Shown here: one piece after another, positions 1-10,102 of the stretch
How positions within the stretch are numbered: the stretch's first letter is position 1
Layout: the number at the start of each line of letters is the position of its first letter
Assembly: GCA_964593805.1 (NCBI GenBank)
Contig: CAZQHP010000001.1
Location: forward strand, 128,091-192,090
Origin: an uncultured Candidatus Saccharibacteria bacterium
Lineage (GTDB): Bacteria; Patescibacteriota; Saccharimonadia; Saccharimonadales; JBBQAJ01
Length of the DNA: 64,000 nucleotides
Reading direction: 5' to 3'
Made by a program: the position numbers and the translations under genes
Notes under the pieces: model-generated
Database searches by the model: none
What the model was told of the DNA's origin: nothing
Seen by the model: only the letters and a program-made list of their open reading frames with translations

Positions 1-390
1 AATTACGAAGCTTTGCGGGCTGCCAAAACTCCAGAAGCCTATGAAAAAACCTATTTAGCTTTTGAAACTGACACGATTGACTATGCACTAATTGAGAAAA
101 CTGATGATTTATTGGTAGTACCGGCCGCTTTTGATTGGATGGATTTGGGTTCGTACAGTGATATGCATAAGGCGGTTGAAAGCGACAAACAAGGCAACCA
201 TGTTCATGGCAAGCAGGTGGAAACGGAGGGCATGGAAAATTCGTTTATCCAAAACTACGAAGACAAACCAATAGCGGTGATTGGACTAGACAATGTAGTA
301 GTGATAAATTCTCCGAACGGCATTTTGGTTGCCCGCAAAGACATGGCCAAGAAAATCGGCGAAGTAAGCAAACGAATTACTAATAAATAA
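1..390 (+). CDS. sugar-1-phosphate (mannose-1-P) guanylyltransferase-like protein, C-terminal part; 5' end lies outside the window
   Basis: The frame is open to position 1. The tail '...AAFDWMDLGSYSDMHKAV...GILVARKD' resembles the C-terminal region of ManC/CpsB-type nucleotidyltransferases. The gene is convergent with a phosphomannomutase. Confidence 0.55.
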   Translation, partial: NYEALRAAKTPEAYEKTYLAFETDTIDYALIEKTDDLLVVPAAFDWMDLGSYSDMHKAVESDKQGNHVHGKQVETEGMENSFIQNYEDKPIAVIGLDNVVVINSPNGILVARKDMAKKIGEVSKRITNK

Positions 391-1827
391 CTAGGTTGAT
401 TCAGTAAGGGCTTCTACGTTGGCGGCAATTTTGTTTTCCCATTCGACTTCAGGGAACTGACGTAGCAGGTCAGTTAAATATTTGCGTATTTTCTCGTAAC
501 CTTCCTTTGTCCGGGACTCGAACTTAATACCGAGATATGGACCATTCTGTGAATAGCGCACTACAAACATAGTATCGGGAGTTTCCAGTCGTAGACCATC
601 CCCAGCCCGTTCGTCATCAATAACCTCAGCATCTGGATAGTCTTTCTTAACAATTGGCACCAATTTTTCAACCAGCGCGACTTTTTTATCATCGGCACAT
701 GCTAGTTTAACCTCAGGGCTAGAAACGTATTGGGGCAATTCGGCAACTAGTTCGGAAAGAGTTTTTTCGGTTGAGCCCAGGTAGCGCAGCAGGCGTAGAG
801 CCGAAAAAAGCCCGTCATCGTGGTTGTAAAAGTCTTTTGAAAAGAAGAAATGACCAGAAAGTTCGCCTATAAAAGCGGCTTTGACTTCTTGGTTTTTCTT
901 TTTGAGAAAAGAATGGCCAACCCGCCACATAAAAGGTTTGCCGCCCTTGGCTACAATAGTTTCGGCGACAACTTTGGAGCAGAAGACGTTGTACATAATT
1001 GTTTCGCCGGGATGGTCAAGTAGTACGGCTTCGGCGAATAAGGCAACCAGCACGTCATTCCAGATCATGCCTCCTTTTTCATCGACGATTCCAATGCGGT
1101 CGCCATCTGCATCGAAAGTGAAACCAATATCGGCCTTGGATTCAAGCACTTCTTCGCGCAACCGCTCTAATACGGTCATTTCAGTAGGGTCAGCTACGCC
1201 TAAAGGAAAGCTAGGGTCTACATTCGTGTTGTACTCTACGACTTCGCAGCCAGCTTGGCGTAACAGTTCCGGCGCCCAAGCTCCAGCAGTTGTACATCCA
1301 GGATCAACAACGACTTTGAGTTTCCTGCTTATTGGGACGCGTTTCAGCACATCCGCGTAGTACGCATCACGAATGTCTTGTACTTTGGCTATGCCAATTG
1401 TTTTCCCCGGTTCATAATCTTCTTCCTCAACCAAGCGACGTAGCTCATTCATGCCATCAGAAACTAGCGTTTCTGAATAGTCGTTAGCAAACTTGAAGCC
1501 ATTAAATTCGGGCGGATTGTGTGAAGCGCTTACGTAGATCCCGCCGGGGCGTTTCAAATAATGTTGCGCCCAATAAAAAGTGCCAACCAAAACCATGCCT
1601 ATACCCACCACATCAATCCCTGACCAGGTTAGGCCTTTTATAATGTGCTCGCTGTATTCTGGGCTAGTGGCTCGGCAATCTCTTCCAACAACTGCTTCCG
1701 TAATCCCGTTGCGTTTTAAATATGTGCCAAAAGCTTTACCAAGATGTTCAGCTAGTTCCGGGCTTAAATCAACGCCGACAAGCCCCCTAAGATCATAGCC
1801 TCGAAAAATATTTGGGTTTACCTTCAC
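391..1827 (-). CDS. phosphomannomutase/phosphoglucomutase (alpha-D-phosphohexomutase family)
   Basis: 478 aa. Has the active-site Ser loop 'SASHNPPEFNGFK', the metal-binding loop 'FDADGDR' and a 'GELSGH' sugar-binding loop. Confidence 0.85.
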   Translation of the reverse strand: MKVNPNIFRGYDLRGLVGVDLSPELAEHLGKAFGTYLKRNGITEAVVGRDCRATSPEYSEHIIKGLTWSGIDVVGIGMVLVGTFYWAQHYLKRPGGIYVSASHNPPEFNGFKFANDYSETLVSDGMNELRRLVEEEDYEPGKTIGIAKVQDIRDAYYADVLKRVPISRKLKVVVDPGCTTAGAWAPELLRQAGCEVVEYNTNVDPSFPLGVADPTEMTVLERLREEVLESKADIGFTFDADGDRIGIVDEKGGMIWNDVLVALFAEAVLLDHPGETIMYNVFCSKVVAETIVAKGGKPFMWRVGHSFLKKKNQEVKAAFIGELSGHFFFSKDFYNHDDGLFSALRLLRYLGSTEKTLSELVAELPQYVSSPEVKLACADDKKVALVEKLVPIVKKDYPDAEVIDDERAGDGLRLETPDTMFVVRYSQNGPYLGIKFESRTKEGYEKIRKYLTDLLRQFPEVEWENKIAANVEALTEST

Positions 1828-2939
1828 AACTGTTCCTTTCCAATAATTGCTTTTATATTTTTCTGAAATTCTACGGTTGAAAACTTTTCGGCATGCTGTT
1901 TGATAATACCAGAGTCAAAAGATTCAAGCTTGAATTTACTTAATATAGCTGCCAGATTATCAATCTTTTGTTCGCTAAAAAACAGCCCAGTTTTATGCTT
2001 AATCAAATAGTCCAGCGCGCCGCCGGCTTTGTAGGCTATCACTGGCGTGCCGGCAGCCATAGCCTCGACCGCCGCAATGCCAAAGTCGTCAACGCCAGGG
2101 AATAAAAACGCCTCAGCCGAGGCAAGGTAATTTGCGACGTCCTGATCAGAGGCCTCAGTTACGAATGAGATAGTTGAGCCTGCCATACGAACCAATTTAT
2201 CATGCTCAGGACCAGCGCCAACGACCGTTAAAGGCAAACCAAGCTGCGTGCAGGCGGCAACCGCTAAATCAATGCGTTTGTACGGTGTTTGTCGGCCTGC
2301 AATCACAAAGCCTTTGCGCTGCGTAGCCGGCAGCGACGTAAAGCGCTCAATGTCCACGGGCGGGTGTATTACGGTCGAATCACGACCATAGTATTGCTTT
2401 ATCTTCGATTGCGTAAAGGATGAATTAGCAATCAATATGTCCGGTCGCTGGGCGGCTTTATAATCCCATTTCCTAAGTGACCCAACTAATAATCTTAAAC
2501 CTAGCCGAGCCAGCCAGTTAAAACCAGCTGGAAACCCAGGATGCTTAAGATAGTCTTCATATCTGTCCCAATAGTAATGCGTTGGAGCATGGATATACGC
2601 TATATGTGGTGTGTCTACGCTAGCTCTAGCGTACTTTGCCTCGGCTCCGGAGCTACTAATAACCAAATCATATTCACTTAAATCCAAATGCGAAAACCAC
2701 AGTCCTCGCAGAAATGGCACGTATTTTCTAATTCGGCCAAAATGCTGAAGCCAGCCAGTCACGACTTTGCCGTCAAGTTTACGGCGCCACTCGTCCGTGG
2801 CATAGGAAGTATAAATAGGTGCCTCAGGGTAAATACCGTGCAGCGCTTCCACGACACGCTCGGCACCACCGCCTATCAGCCAGTCGTGAACAATAGCGAC
2901 TTTTTGTTTTTTCATTACAAACTTAGCGGGTGCCATCAC
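1824..2939 (-). CDS. glycosyltransferase, GT4-like (GT-B fold)
   Basis: 371 aa. The C-terminal region 'FLFPGVDDFGIAAVEAMAAGTPVIA' is typical of the Glycos_transf_1 domain. Overlaps its neighbours in a glycan operon. Confidence 0.75.
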   Translation of the reverse strand: MMAPAKFVMKKQKVAIVHDWLIGGGAERVVEALHGIYPEAPIYTSYATDEWRRKLDGKVVTGWLQHFGRIRKYVPFLRGLWFSHLDLSEYDLVISSSGAEAKYARASVDTPHIAYIHAPTHYYWDRYEDYLKHPGFPAGFNWLARLGLRLLVGSLRKWDYKAAQRPDILIANSSFTQSKIKQYYGRDSTVIHPPVDIERFTSLPATQRKGFVIAGRQTPYKRIDLAVAACTQLGLPLTVVGAGPEHDKLVRMAGSTISFVTEASDQDVANYLASAEAFLFPGVDDFGIAAVEAMAAGTPVIAYKAGGALDYLIKHKTGLFFSEQKIDNLAAILSKFKLESFDSGIIKQHAEKFSTVEFQKNIKAIIGKEQL

Positions 2940-4371
2940 CGCCTAACACTACTCGGATGGTTTTGAGTAAGATTACAAGGTCGCTCCAGAAACTCCAGTT
3001 TTGTACGTAGTACATATCAAGCTTGCGGCGCTCTTCAAAACTAATGCCTCGTCGTCCAGAAACCTGTGCCAGGCCAGTCAGGCCGGATTTTACGCTTAAA
3101 ATGCTATGGCGTTTTTCGTAGAGACTTAGTTCTTCTGGCACCAATGCCCGAGGTCCAACCAAGCTCAAATCTCCCTTTATAACGTTAAACAACTGGGGTA
3201 ATTCGTCCAAACTAGTACGACGCAAAAAATTTCCAAAACGTCCATAGCGCGGATCATTACGTAGCTGGTCGCCATTGTCGCGGTATTTTGTTGCAAGTTC
3301 CGGTTTATTCATTTTTGCAAAAGCTGCTTCTGGAGACAGGCCGTTGTAAGCGGGACGAACCGTACGAAATTTGAATACTTCAAATTCGTTGTTAAATCGT
3401 GTTAGGCGGGCTTGCCGAAAAAACACATGGCCTCCGCTAAACAATTGCAACAAGCAAATCAGTAGCAGTAGGGGCGACGTAATGATAATTAGAACAAGGC
3501 TTACCACAACGTCAAATAGGCGCTTCACCACGCGGCCCCAACCAATCAATGCCGTTTGATGTACCGCAATAACCGGCACGGAAGAGCGGAATAACTCTAC
3601 CTGCAAGTTACCAACAAAAAGTTCGGTGTTGCCAGGAATAAAGCGAAAAGCAATGTGGTTTTGCTGCGCAAACTCTAGCAGCTGGTTATTGCGATCGGCG
3701 TCAGCGTAAAGTTCTGTCTGGACAATGCTGTGGATGTTGCCTATTCCAAGCGCCGCGGAAGCTTCGTCAAATGTATCAAAGACTTTTGTATGCGGAAAGT
3801 TTTCCCGAGCGTCTTTCAGCCCGACCACGCCAACAACTTTGTAACCAGACACCTTGCTATTAATCAGCGAACCGACCAGTTCATGCGTAATAGCTGTATC
3901 GCCGATTATCAGGACGTTAGTGAGCCCAATGTTGTATTTAAATAACGTGCTTCTAAGCAGCCGGGCAAGATTACGGAAAAGAAGCAAAAATAGAAAAGCA
4001 AGCACAAATCCATAAACAGGAATCAACTTGGCTGGAAAAATAGGCTTGCTTGAACTGTAGGCAAGCGCAATAACAAACAACATGCCAACAAAAGAACCCA
4101 TAAATAGCCGACCTGCTTCCGCGAAGCGTTTTTCGTAAATAGAATTGCTATAAAGTCCGAGCATAGCAAAAAAAAGTATCCAAAACGGAGCTAAAGACGC
4201 AAAAATACCAACGTAAGTAAGCGCGCTTACGGGGGTAGCGATATTTGCGCTTCCAAAAGTCAGCCCCAAACTAACGCGCAGTATATAAGCTCCCACAAAC
4301 GCCCCAACAAGCGCCAAAAAATCACCCACCACCAGGAAACAGCTATAAAGTAGCGAGGCATTACTTTTCAT
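2923..4371 (-). CDS. polyprenyl (undecaprenyl)-phosphate glycosylphosphotransferase, WbaP/WcaJ-like initiating sugar transferase
   Basis: 482 aa. Has N-terminal TM helices and the C-terminal bacterial sugar transferase motif 'SLDELPQLFNVIKGDLSLVGPRA...GLTGLAQV'. Confidence 0.85.
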   Translation of the reverse strand: MKSNASLLYSCFLVVGDFLALVGAFVGAYILRVSLGLTFGSANIATPVSALTYVGIFASLAPFWILFFAMLGLYSNSIYEKRFAEAGRLFMGSFVGMLFVIALAYSSSKPIFPAKLIPVYGFVLAFLFLLLFRNLARLLRSTLFKYNIGLTNVLIIGDTAITHELVGSLINSKVSGYKVVGVVGLKDARENFPHTKVFDTFDEASAALGIGNIHSIVQTELYADADRNNQLLEFAQQNHIAFRFIPGNTELFVGNLQVELFRSSVPVIAVHQTALIGWGRVVKRLFDVVVSLVLIIITSPLLLLICLLQLFSGGHVFFRQARLTRFNNEFEVFKFRTVRPAYNGLSPEAAFAKMNKPELATKYRDNGDQLRNDPRYGRFGNFLRRTSLDELPQLFNVIKGDLSLVGPRALVPEELSLYEKRHSILSVKSGLTGLAQVSGRRGISFEERRKLDMYYVQNWSFWSDLVILLKTIRVVLGGDGTR

Positions 4372-5694
4372 GTGTGCTTAAATTGTATCACTATGGCTTC
4401 CCATGCTTCAGATAAGACGGCTCTATACGTATCAGTTGCGGTTGCCGCTGTGCTGGTTCTTTTGCCGTTCCACGCCCTTTTTACCACATGGATTGGCAGC
4501 AATACCGGGCATTTGGACGCTGTGCGCATCTGGAAAGAAATAATTATCGTGGCGCTCCTTCCCAGTGTTTTGTTTATATTGTTCAGAGACAAGACTCTCA
4601 AAAGATGGTTTGGCCAAAGCTGGCTGGTAAGATTGATAGGCCTTTACGCTTTGTTGCATATCGTGCTTGGTCTTATAGCATTGCGCGCCGAGCGAGTTAA
4701 CAGCCCGGCGCTTATCTATGCCTTACTAGCTAACTTGCGATTTTTGGGCCTCTTTTTGATAGTGCTAATTGTTAGTACTCATTCAGGCTTTCTACGCAAA
4801 AACTGGAAGGTAATCGTGATAATTCCAGCCGCTCTGGTTATAGCTTTTGGGCTTATGCAGCGCTTTGTATTGCCGTATGACTTTTTGAGGCATTTTGGCT
4901 ATAGCCCCAAAACCATTCCCGCCTACCAAACCGTTGACCAGAAGCTTAGTTACGTTCGAATTCAGTCAACGCTGCGCGGCGCCAACCCGCTGGGGGCTTA
5001 CTTGGTATTGGCAATACCGGCATTTATGACTATCAAAAGACGCAAACTTGGCTTGGCCCTGATTGCGGCAGGGATGATAGCAATACTTTTTACTTATTCC
5101 AGAGCCGCTTGGATAGGGGTTGTTTTAGCGCTGTTTGCTTACGGATATATTTCAATCCCCACCGCAAGAGCAAAACGGCGGCTGGTTACTGTTTCAGTTC
5201 TGCTTGCCGCGTTGGCAAGCCTGTTTGTCATAATTTTGCGGCAGAATACCGTAGTACAAAACGTTTTTTTTCACACCGATAATTCTTCAAAATCCTCAGA
5301 AAGCTCAAATACCGGCAGGGCTAGAGCGCTTGGCATTGGTTTGCGTGATGTTGTCCGTGAGCCTTTTGGCCGCGGTCCGGGTACGGCTGGCCCGGCCTCG
5401 CTGCGAAACGATCATCCTTCCCGGATAGCCGAAAACTACTACCTGCAAATTGGACAGGAAGTCGGATGGCTTGGGATCACGCTGTTCATCGCTATTATTA
5501 GTATGGTTGGTTACGGGCTATGGCGGCGAAGGTCTGACAAGCTATCTAGAGTATTACTGGCATCGCTGGTCGGCATTAGTTTTGTGAATCTACTGTCGCA
5601 TGCCTGGGCTGATGACACACTAGGTTTACTCTGGTGGGGTCTGGCAGGCATCGCCTACTCATCTGTTATACTGAACGAAAAGCGAAAGCGTTAA
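4372..5694 (+). CDS. O-antigen ligase/polymerase-like (Wzy_C) polytopic membrane protein
   Basis: About 10-12 hydrophobic segments with a 'TYSRAAWIG' loop motif typical of the O-antigen ligase domain. The track start is GTG at 4372. The ATG at 4393 ('MASHASD') is the more likely start. Confidence 0.6.
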   Translation: MCLNCITMASHASDKTALYVSVAVAAVLVLLPFHALFTTWIGSNTGHLDAVRIWKEIIIVALLPSVLFILFRDKTLKRWFGQSWLVRLIGLYALLHIVLGLIALRAERVNSPALIYALLANLRFLGLFLIVLIVSTHSGFLRKNWKVIVIIPAALVIAFGLMQRFVLPYDFLRHFGYSPKTIPAYQTVDQKLSYVRIQSTLRGANPLGAYLVLAIPAFMTIKRRKLGLALIAAGMIAILFTYSRAAWIGVVLALFAYGYISIPTARAKRRLVTVSVLLAALASLFVIILRQNTVVQNVFFHTDNSSKSSESSNTGRARALGIGLRDVVREPFGRGPGTAGPASLRNDHPSRIAENYYLQIGQEVGWLGITLFIAIISMVGYGLWRRRSDKLSRVLLASLVGISFVNLLSHAWADDTLGLLWWGLAGIAYSSVILNEKRKR

Positions 5695-5696
5695 AC

Positions 5697-6137
5697 ATGT
5701 TTAGAATCAGAAAAAAGCAGCAGCGCGAAGTCAAACGGATTACGGAATACCTCATCAGCGGCGGAGCGTTTTTCTGGTCCGGCTACGCCACGTTTTTCTT
5801 CGTAGACAAAATTCTAGAAGGCAGCTTTTTCTGGGCGAAAGTCTTAGCTACACTCGTGGGCTGGACGGTAAACTTCCTGCTTCAGCGCTACTGGGTGTTT
5901 AACAATCCAAAACTTGCCAAGCACCAAACCGAAGTAACTGGACGATATCTGTTTATCAGTGCGCTGAATCTGGTAATCGACTATGTTATTGTCTACAGCC
6001 TAAAACAAGCCGGATTAACCCCATACATTGGCCAGTTTGTATCATCCGGCTTTTTCACCGTCTGGAATTACGCCTGGTACAAATTTTGGGTATTCCCAGA
6101 AAAATACCCGCGTAAAACAAAGCAGGCTAAAATATGA
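5697..6137 (+). CDS. GtrA-family membrane protein (polyprenol-sugar handling)
   Basis: 'ISGGAFFWSGYATFFFV...LQRYWVFN...WNYAWYKFWVF' gives a four-TM GtrA-like pattern. The start was moved to the ATG at 5697, directly after the previous stop. Confidence 0.7.
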   Translation: MFRIRKKQQREVKRITEYLISGGAFFWSGYATFFFVDKILEGSFFWAKVLATLVGWTVNFLLQRYWVFNNPKLAKHQTEVTGRYLFISALNLVIDYVIVYSLKQAGLTPYIGQFVSSGFFTVWNYAWYKFWVFPEKYPRKTKQAKI

Positions 6138-6586
6138 CGCCAGAAGTGGTTCGGCCTACTAAAAAACAGCGCGAACTGCTGGATTTTATTGCGGCATTTA
6201 TAGCTGAGCATGGCTATAGCCCAAGCTACCGAGAGATCATGGCGGGTTTGAACTACACGTCAGTGGCAACTGTTGCCTTGCATGTAAACAGCTTGATAAA
6301 ACGAGGTCATTTGCATAAGCGTGATCATTCGGCTCGTTCGCTGGAGGTAGTGAACGCGGCAGAAACGGCCAAATTGCAAACAAATGAAATTAAGCCAGCC
6401 GACGAAAAATGGCTGGTAGAAAAGGTTGAATTCCGCTTTGACCAGGCTGAAACCCAGCCGAGCTTGCAAAACAGTGAGTTGGATGAGCTGTACGTACTGA
6501 TTGGCGCCCTGAAAGTACTGGGGCTGGAAGGAGCTGCCCAAAGCTTTATTGCCCGCCTTTCCAAATTGAAGAACAAGGTACAATAG
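6134..6586 (+). CDS. LexA-like winged-helix DNA-binding domain protein that lacks an S24 peptidase domain
   Basis: The N-terminus 'KKQRELLDFIAAFIAEHGYSPSYREIMAGLNYTSVATVALHVNSLIKRGHL' matches the LexA N-terminal DNA-binding domain pattern. The remaining ~80 aa are a helical tail with no Ala-Gly cleavage site and no Ser/Lys dyad that I can recognise. Confidence 0.55.
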   Translation: MTPEVVRPTKKQRELLDFIAAFIAEHGYSPSYREIMAGLNYTSVATVALHVNSLIKRGHLHKRDHSARSLEVVNAAETAKLQTNEIKPADEKWLVEKVEFRFDQAETQPSLQNSELDELYVLIGALKVLGLEGAAQSFIARLSKLKNKVQ

Positions 6587-6590
6587 CAGT

Positions 6591-7484
6591 ATGGCAAGTG
6601 TCATATCACTGAAAAATGTTACTAAAATGTATGGTACAAATCTTGGCGTTTCAGACATAACCCTAGACGTAGAAAAGGGTACTATTTTTGGGTTTTTGGG
6701 TCCCAACGGAGCCGGCAAAACTACCACTATAAACATGCTGGTAGACCTAATTCGTCCCTCCAGCGGCAATATAAAAATTTTTGGCCTTGACGCCCAAGCA
6801 GACAGCCTGGAAATACGGCGGCGGATTGGTTTTTTGGCCGGCGATTTTGCTCTGGACGAAAACCTGACGGGCTGGCAGCAGCTGGAATACTTTGGTAATT
6901 TACGCGGCGGCGCCAGCAGGCAAAAGATTAAAACGCTGGCTGAGCGGCTGGATTGCAACTTGGGTCGCCGCATCAAAACGCTGTCGCGGGGCAACCGCCA
7001 AAAAGTCGGGTTAATTTCCGCGCTCATGCACGACCCGGAACTTTTAATTTTTGACGAACCCACCAGCGGCCTTGACCCCCTCATCCAGGCGGAATTCAAC
7101 AAAATTATTTTTGAGCACCAGCAAAAAGGCAAAACGACTTTTATTTCTTCTCACATTTTGAGCGAGATTCAGGAGACTTGCGACCAAGTGGCTTTTGTTC
7201 GCGAAGGCAAAATAGTCGTAAACAAACCTCTGACCGAAATTACCAAAGGCGCGCCGAAAGAAATCCGCATAATCACTAAAGACCCGCAAATCAAATCTGT
7301 TTTCAGATCAATGAAAGGCGTTCACAATTTGAAGGCCATGGGGCTGGTAACCAGTTTTACTTACGAGGGTGAAATTCACGCGCTGCTAACTGTTCTTGCC
7401 AAGCAGAAAATTGAAGACCTGGTTATCCAAGACGCTGACCTGGAAGAAATCTTTATAAAATTTTACGAGGCCCAGGATGTTTAA
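6591..7484 (+). CDS. ABC transporter ATP-binding protein (ABC-2/drug-exporter type)
   Basis: Walker A 'GPNGAGKTT', signature 'LSRGNRQKV', Walker B 'LLIFDEPTSGLD'. Confidence 0.9.
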   Translation: MASVISLKNVTKMYGTNLGVSDITLDVEKGTIFGFLGPNGAGKTTTINMLVDLIRPSSGNIKIFGLDAQADSLEIRRRIGFLAGDFALDENLTGWQQLEYFGNLRGGASRQKIKTLAERLDCNLGRRIKTLSRGNRQKVGLISALMHDPELLIFDEPTSGLDPLIQAEFNKIIFEHQQKGKTTFISSHILSEIQETCDQVAFVREGKIVVNKPLTEITKGAPKEIRIITKDPQIKSVFRSMKGVHNLKAMGLVTSFTYEGEIHALLTVLAKQKIEDLVIQDADLEEIFIKFYEAQDV

Positions 7485-8268
7485 AAACATTTATCTAAAA
7501 ACGCTGTACGAAAAACGCTGGACAATGTTTGCCTGGGGACTCGCCATCGTGCTGTTAACAATTATCACCGTGGCTTTGTTCCCGACTTTGCGCGACACTT
7601 TTGGCGAATCTTTGAAAAACGTGCCGGAAAGTGCCAAGTCTTTCATTGGCGATGCCGCAACCTATCAAACTATCGAAGGCTTTGTTGATTTGCAAATCTT
7701 TGCTCAGATGATTTTCTTTACTATCATCATGGGGGTTATTGTAGGCACAGGCTTGATTGCCGGCGAGGAAAACGACGGCACATTGCAAAGTCTTTTGTCC
7801 ATGCCAGTCAGTCGTTCCAAAGTGTACTTCCAGAAACTCTGGGCCTGCGCAACAATCGTGGGCGTTGTTTGCTTTGCCCTGTATATAGCGGTATTGTTGG
7901 GCGCGCTTCTGGTCGGCGAATCTATGCCGCTAGGCCGCACGCTGGTAGCCTGTTTTATGCTGTGGCTGGTAACCCTTGTCTTTACGAATTTTGGCTTTAG
8001 CATGGGGGCTGCTGTTTCCAGGCGCGGTATATCCGGCGCCGCTGCCGGTATGCTGGCATTCGTAACCTATCTAATTAGCGCCTTGGCTCCCAATGTTAAG
8101 GTGCTGAAAATACCTAATTACTTCTCACCATTTAATTACTTCAATAACCCCAGTATTCTAAAAAACGGCTTACAGTTGAGTGATCTCGCGATAATTCTGG
8201 CCATTAACACTGCGCTGATTTTTGTTGGCTATATTGTGTTCATGAAACGTGATGTCTTCCAGCGCTAG
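7477..8268 (+). CDS. ABC-2 type transporter permease
   Basis: 263 aa with about 6 TM segments. Overlaps the upstream ATPase gene by 8 nt. Confidence 0.6.
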   Translation: MFKNIYLKTLYEKRWTMFAWGLAIVLLTIITVALFPTLRDTFGESLKNVPESAKSFIGDAATYQTIEGFVDLQIFAQMIFFTIIMGVIVGTGLIAGEENDGTLQSLLSMPVSRSKVYFQKLWACATIVGVVCFALYIAVLLGALLVGESMPLGRTLVACFMLWLVTLVFTNFGFSMGAAVSRRGISGAAAGMLAFVTYLISALAPNVKVLKIPNYFSPFNYFNNPSILKNGLQLSDLAIILAINTALIFVGYIVFMKRDVFQR

Positions 8269-8274
8269 AACCAT

Positions 8275-9072
8275 ATGAGTATTCTGCACGCCATCATTCT
8301 AGGTCTTATACAGGGTCTCACCGAATTTATCCCTATTTCATCGTCTGGTCACTTGGTGCTGGCCCATCACGCGTTAGGAATAGTAGAATCCGGGCTGGCT
8401 TTTGACGTGGCGCTGCACCTGGGCACGCTGATTGCCCTGGTTGGATACTTCTGGAAAGACCTGGTTCAGTATTTCATGGCTTTATTTAAAAAAAGCGGCC
8501 AAACTCGTTTGACCTGGCTGCTGATTGGCGCCACCATACCGGCAGCCATAATTGGATTTCTGCTGGAAAGCAAGGCCGAATCGCAGTTCCGTTCGCCGCG
8601 GCTGGCGGCTTTTACTATGCTGACGTTCGGTTTTATTATGTTGTTGGCTGAACACTTTTACCGCCGCCAGCAAAAACATACCGCGCTGGAACAGGTAACT
8701 ACAAAACAGGCGCTAACCATGGGTTTTGCGCAAGCGATCGCGATTGTACCCGGCGTTTCGCGGTCTGGCAGCACTATAACCGCCGGGCTTTTTACCGGGC
8801 TTGACCGTGTGGCCGCAACCCGATTTTCATTTTTGCTGGGTATTCCTATCACCGCCGGAGCGGTTTTGAAAGTTTTTACCGAAGGCGGCGTAATACAGCA
8901 ATTTCAAACCGAACAATCCGCTGTGCTGGTGGGCGTGATTACGGCGCTGTTAAGCGGCCTGTTTGCCATCCGTTTTATGCTGAACTATTTGAGCCGGCAT
9001 GGCCTGGAGCTGTTCGCTTATTACCGATTGGTTTTAGGAGCTTTGCTCCTGCTCGTATTTAGTCTGCGTTGA
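8275..9072 (+). CDS. uppP: undecaprenyl-diphosphate phosphatase
   Basis: 'GLIQGLTEFIPISSSGH' and 'PGVSRSGSTI' are the hallmark BacA/UppP motifs. Confidence 0.9.
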   Translation: MSILHAIILGLIQGLTEFIPISSSGHLVLAHHALGIVESGLAFDVALHLGTLIALVGYFWKDLVQYFMALFKKSGQTRLTWLLIGATIPAAIIGFLLESKAESQFRSPRLAAFTMLTFGFIMLLAEHFYRRQQKHTALEQVTTKQALTMGFAQAIAIVPGVSRSGSTITAGLFTGLDRVAATRFSFLLGIPITAGAVLKVFTEGGVIQQFQTEQSAVLVGVITALLSGLFAIRFMLNYLSRHGLELFAYYRLVLGALLLLVFSLR

Positions 9073-9090
9073 TAGTACACTGATGCACAC

Positions 9091-9477
9091 ATGAAAACTC
9101 CCCGGACCATAGAGATAATTAAAGGCATAGTTGCGCGGTTTGCGGGCAATGGCCGCAAGCTGGGCTATCCAACCGCCAATCTTAAAGCTGACACCAAACT
9201 AGCTGACGGCGTGTATTTTGGAACGGCAAATATGGGTTCATACGTAAATCAGCCGGCACTAATTTTTATTGGCACGCCAACCACGGTAGGCGACACTGAC
9301 CGGCGCGTAGAGGCGCACCTTTTAGACATTGCTGACCAGGATTACTACGGCCAAAAGCTTGAGCTTACAATCCAGCATTTCCATCGCGCTAATCAAAAAT
9401 TTGACTCGATAGACCAGCTGCTCGTAGCTATGAAATCAGATGAAGCCGCGGCGCGAGAGTGGTTTAAGGCCCGCTAG
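9091..9477 (+). CDS. riboflavin kinase (stand-alone RibF C-terminal-type domain, no FAD synthetase domain)
   Basis: 128 aa. 'GRKLGYPTANL...GVYFG...IGTPTT...VEAHLLD...YG' follows the flavokinase pattern. Confidence 0.7.
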   Translation: MKTPRTIEIIKGIVARFAGNGRKLGYPTANLKADTKLADGVYFGTANMGSYVNQPALIFIGTPTTVGDTDRRVEAHLLDIADQDYYGQKLELTIQHFHRANQKFDSIDQLLVAMKSDEAAAREWFKAR

Positions 9478-9496
9478 TCCTATATACTAAAAGACC

Positions 9497-10102
9497 ATGT
9501 TTACAGGGATTATCACCGACGTTGCTAAAATCACCGGCCATAAACAGAATAAAGCAGGCCTGCGTTTGACGTTTCAGAAGCCAGTCGGCTGGGACGATTT
9601 GGCGCTTGGCGAATCAATTGCTACCAACGGCGCCTGTCTGACCGTAGCCGAGATGCGCGCCAATGAATATGATTGCCAGCTGGTGCCAGAAACACTAGCC
9701 AAAACATCATTCGGCGTAAAATTGCCAGAAACTGTCAACCTGGAACGTTCGCTAAGTGTTAAAGACCGTTTTGGCGGGCATTTTGTTCAGGGACACGTGG
9801 ACGGCGTGGGCAAGGTGACCAAAATTGATAGCGCTGGTGAATATAGGCTGCACATAAACTTTGACATAGACAAACAAGACCTTGTCATTTCCAAAGGCTC
9901 GATTACCATTGACGGCGTGGCGCTCACAGTTGCCGAAGTCCAAGGAGCGAATTTCAGTATGGCCATAATCCCCCACACGCTGGAAAGCACCACGCTAGGT
10001 TCGCTGAAAGTCGGCGACGCAGTCAACCTGGAATTTGATATGATAGGCAAATACATTGCCAAGATAATGGAGAATCGTGATGCAACACGCAAAGCAGGCT
10101 AA
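9497..10102 (+). CDS. ribE: riboflavin synthase alpha chain
   Basis: Starts 'MFTGII' and contains two lumazine-binding repeats ('GESIATNGACLTV', 'GSITIDGVALTV'). Confidence 0.85.
   Translation: MFTGIITDVAKITGHKQNKAGLRLTFQKPVGWDDLALGESIATNGACLTVAEMRANEYDCQLVPETLAKTSFGVKLPETVNLERSLSVKDRFGGHFVQGHVDGVGKVTKIDSAGEYRLHINFDIDKQDLVISKGSITIDGVALTVAEVQGANFSMAIIPHTLESTTLGSLKVGDAVNLEFDMIGKYIAKIMENRDATRKAG

Noticed and set aside
6260-7132. 290-aa minus-strand ORF, plus 6325..6597 (-) and 7044..7289 (-)
   Set aside because: It is antisense to the well-supported LexA-like and ABC ATPase genes. Its composition is low-complexity and Ser/Arg/Pro-rich, as is typical of a shadow frame, and it has no start context.
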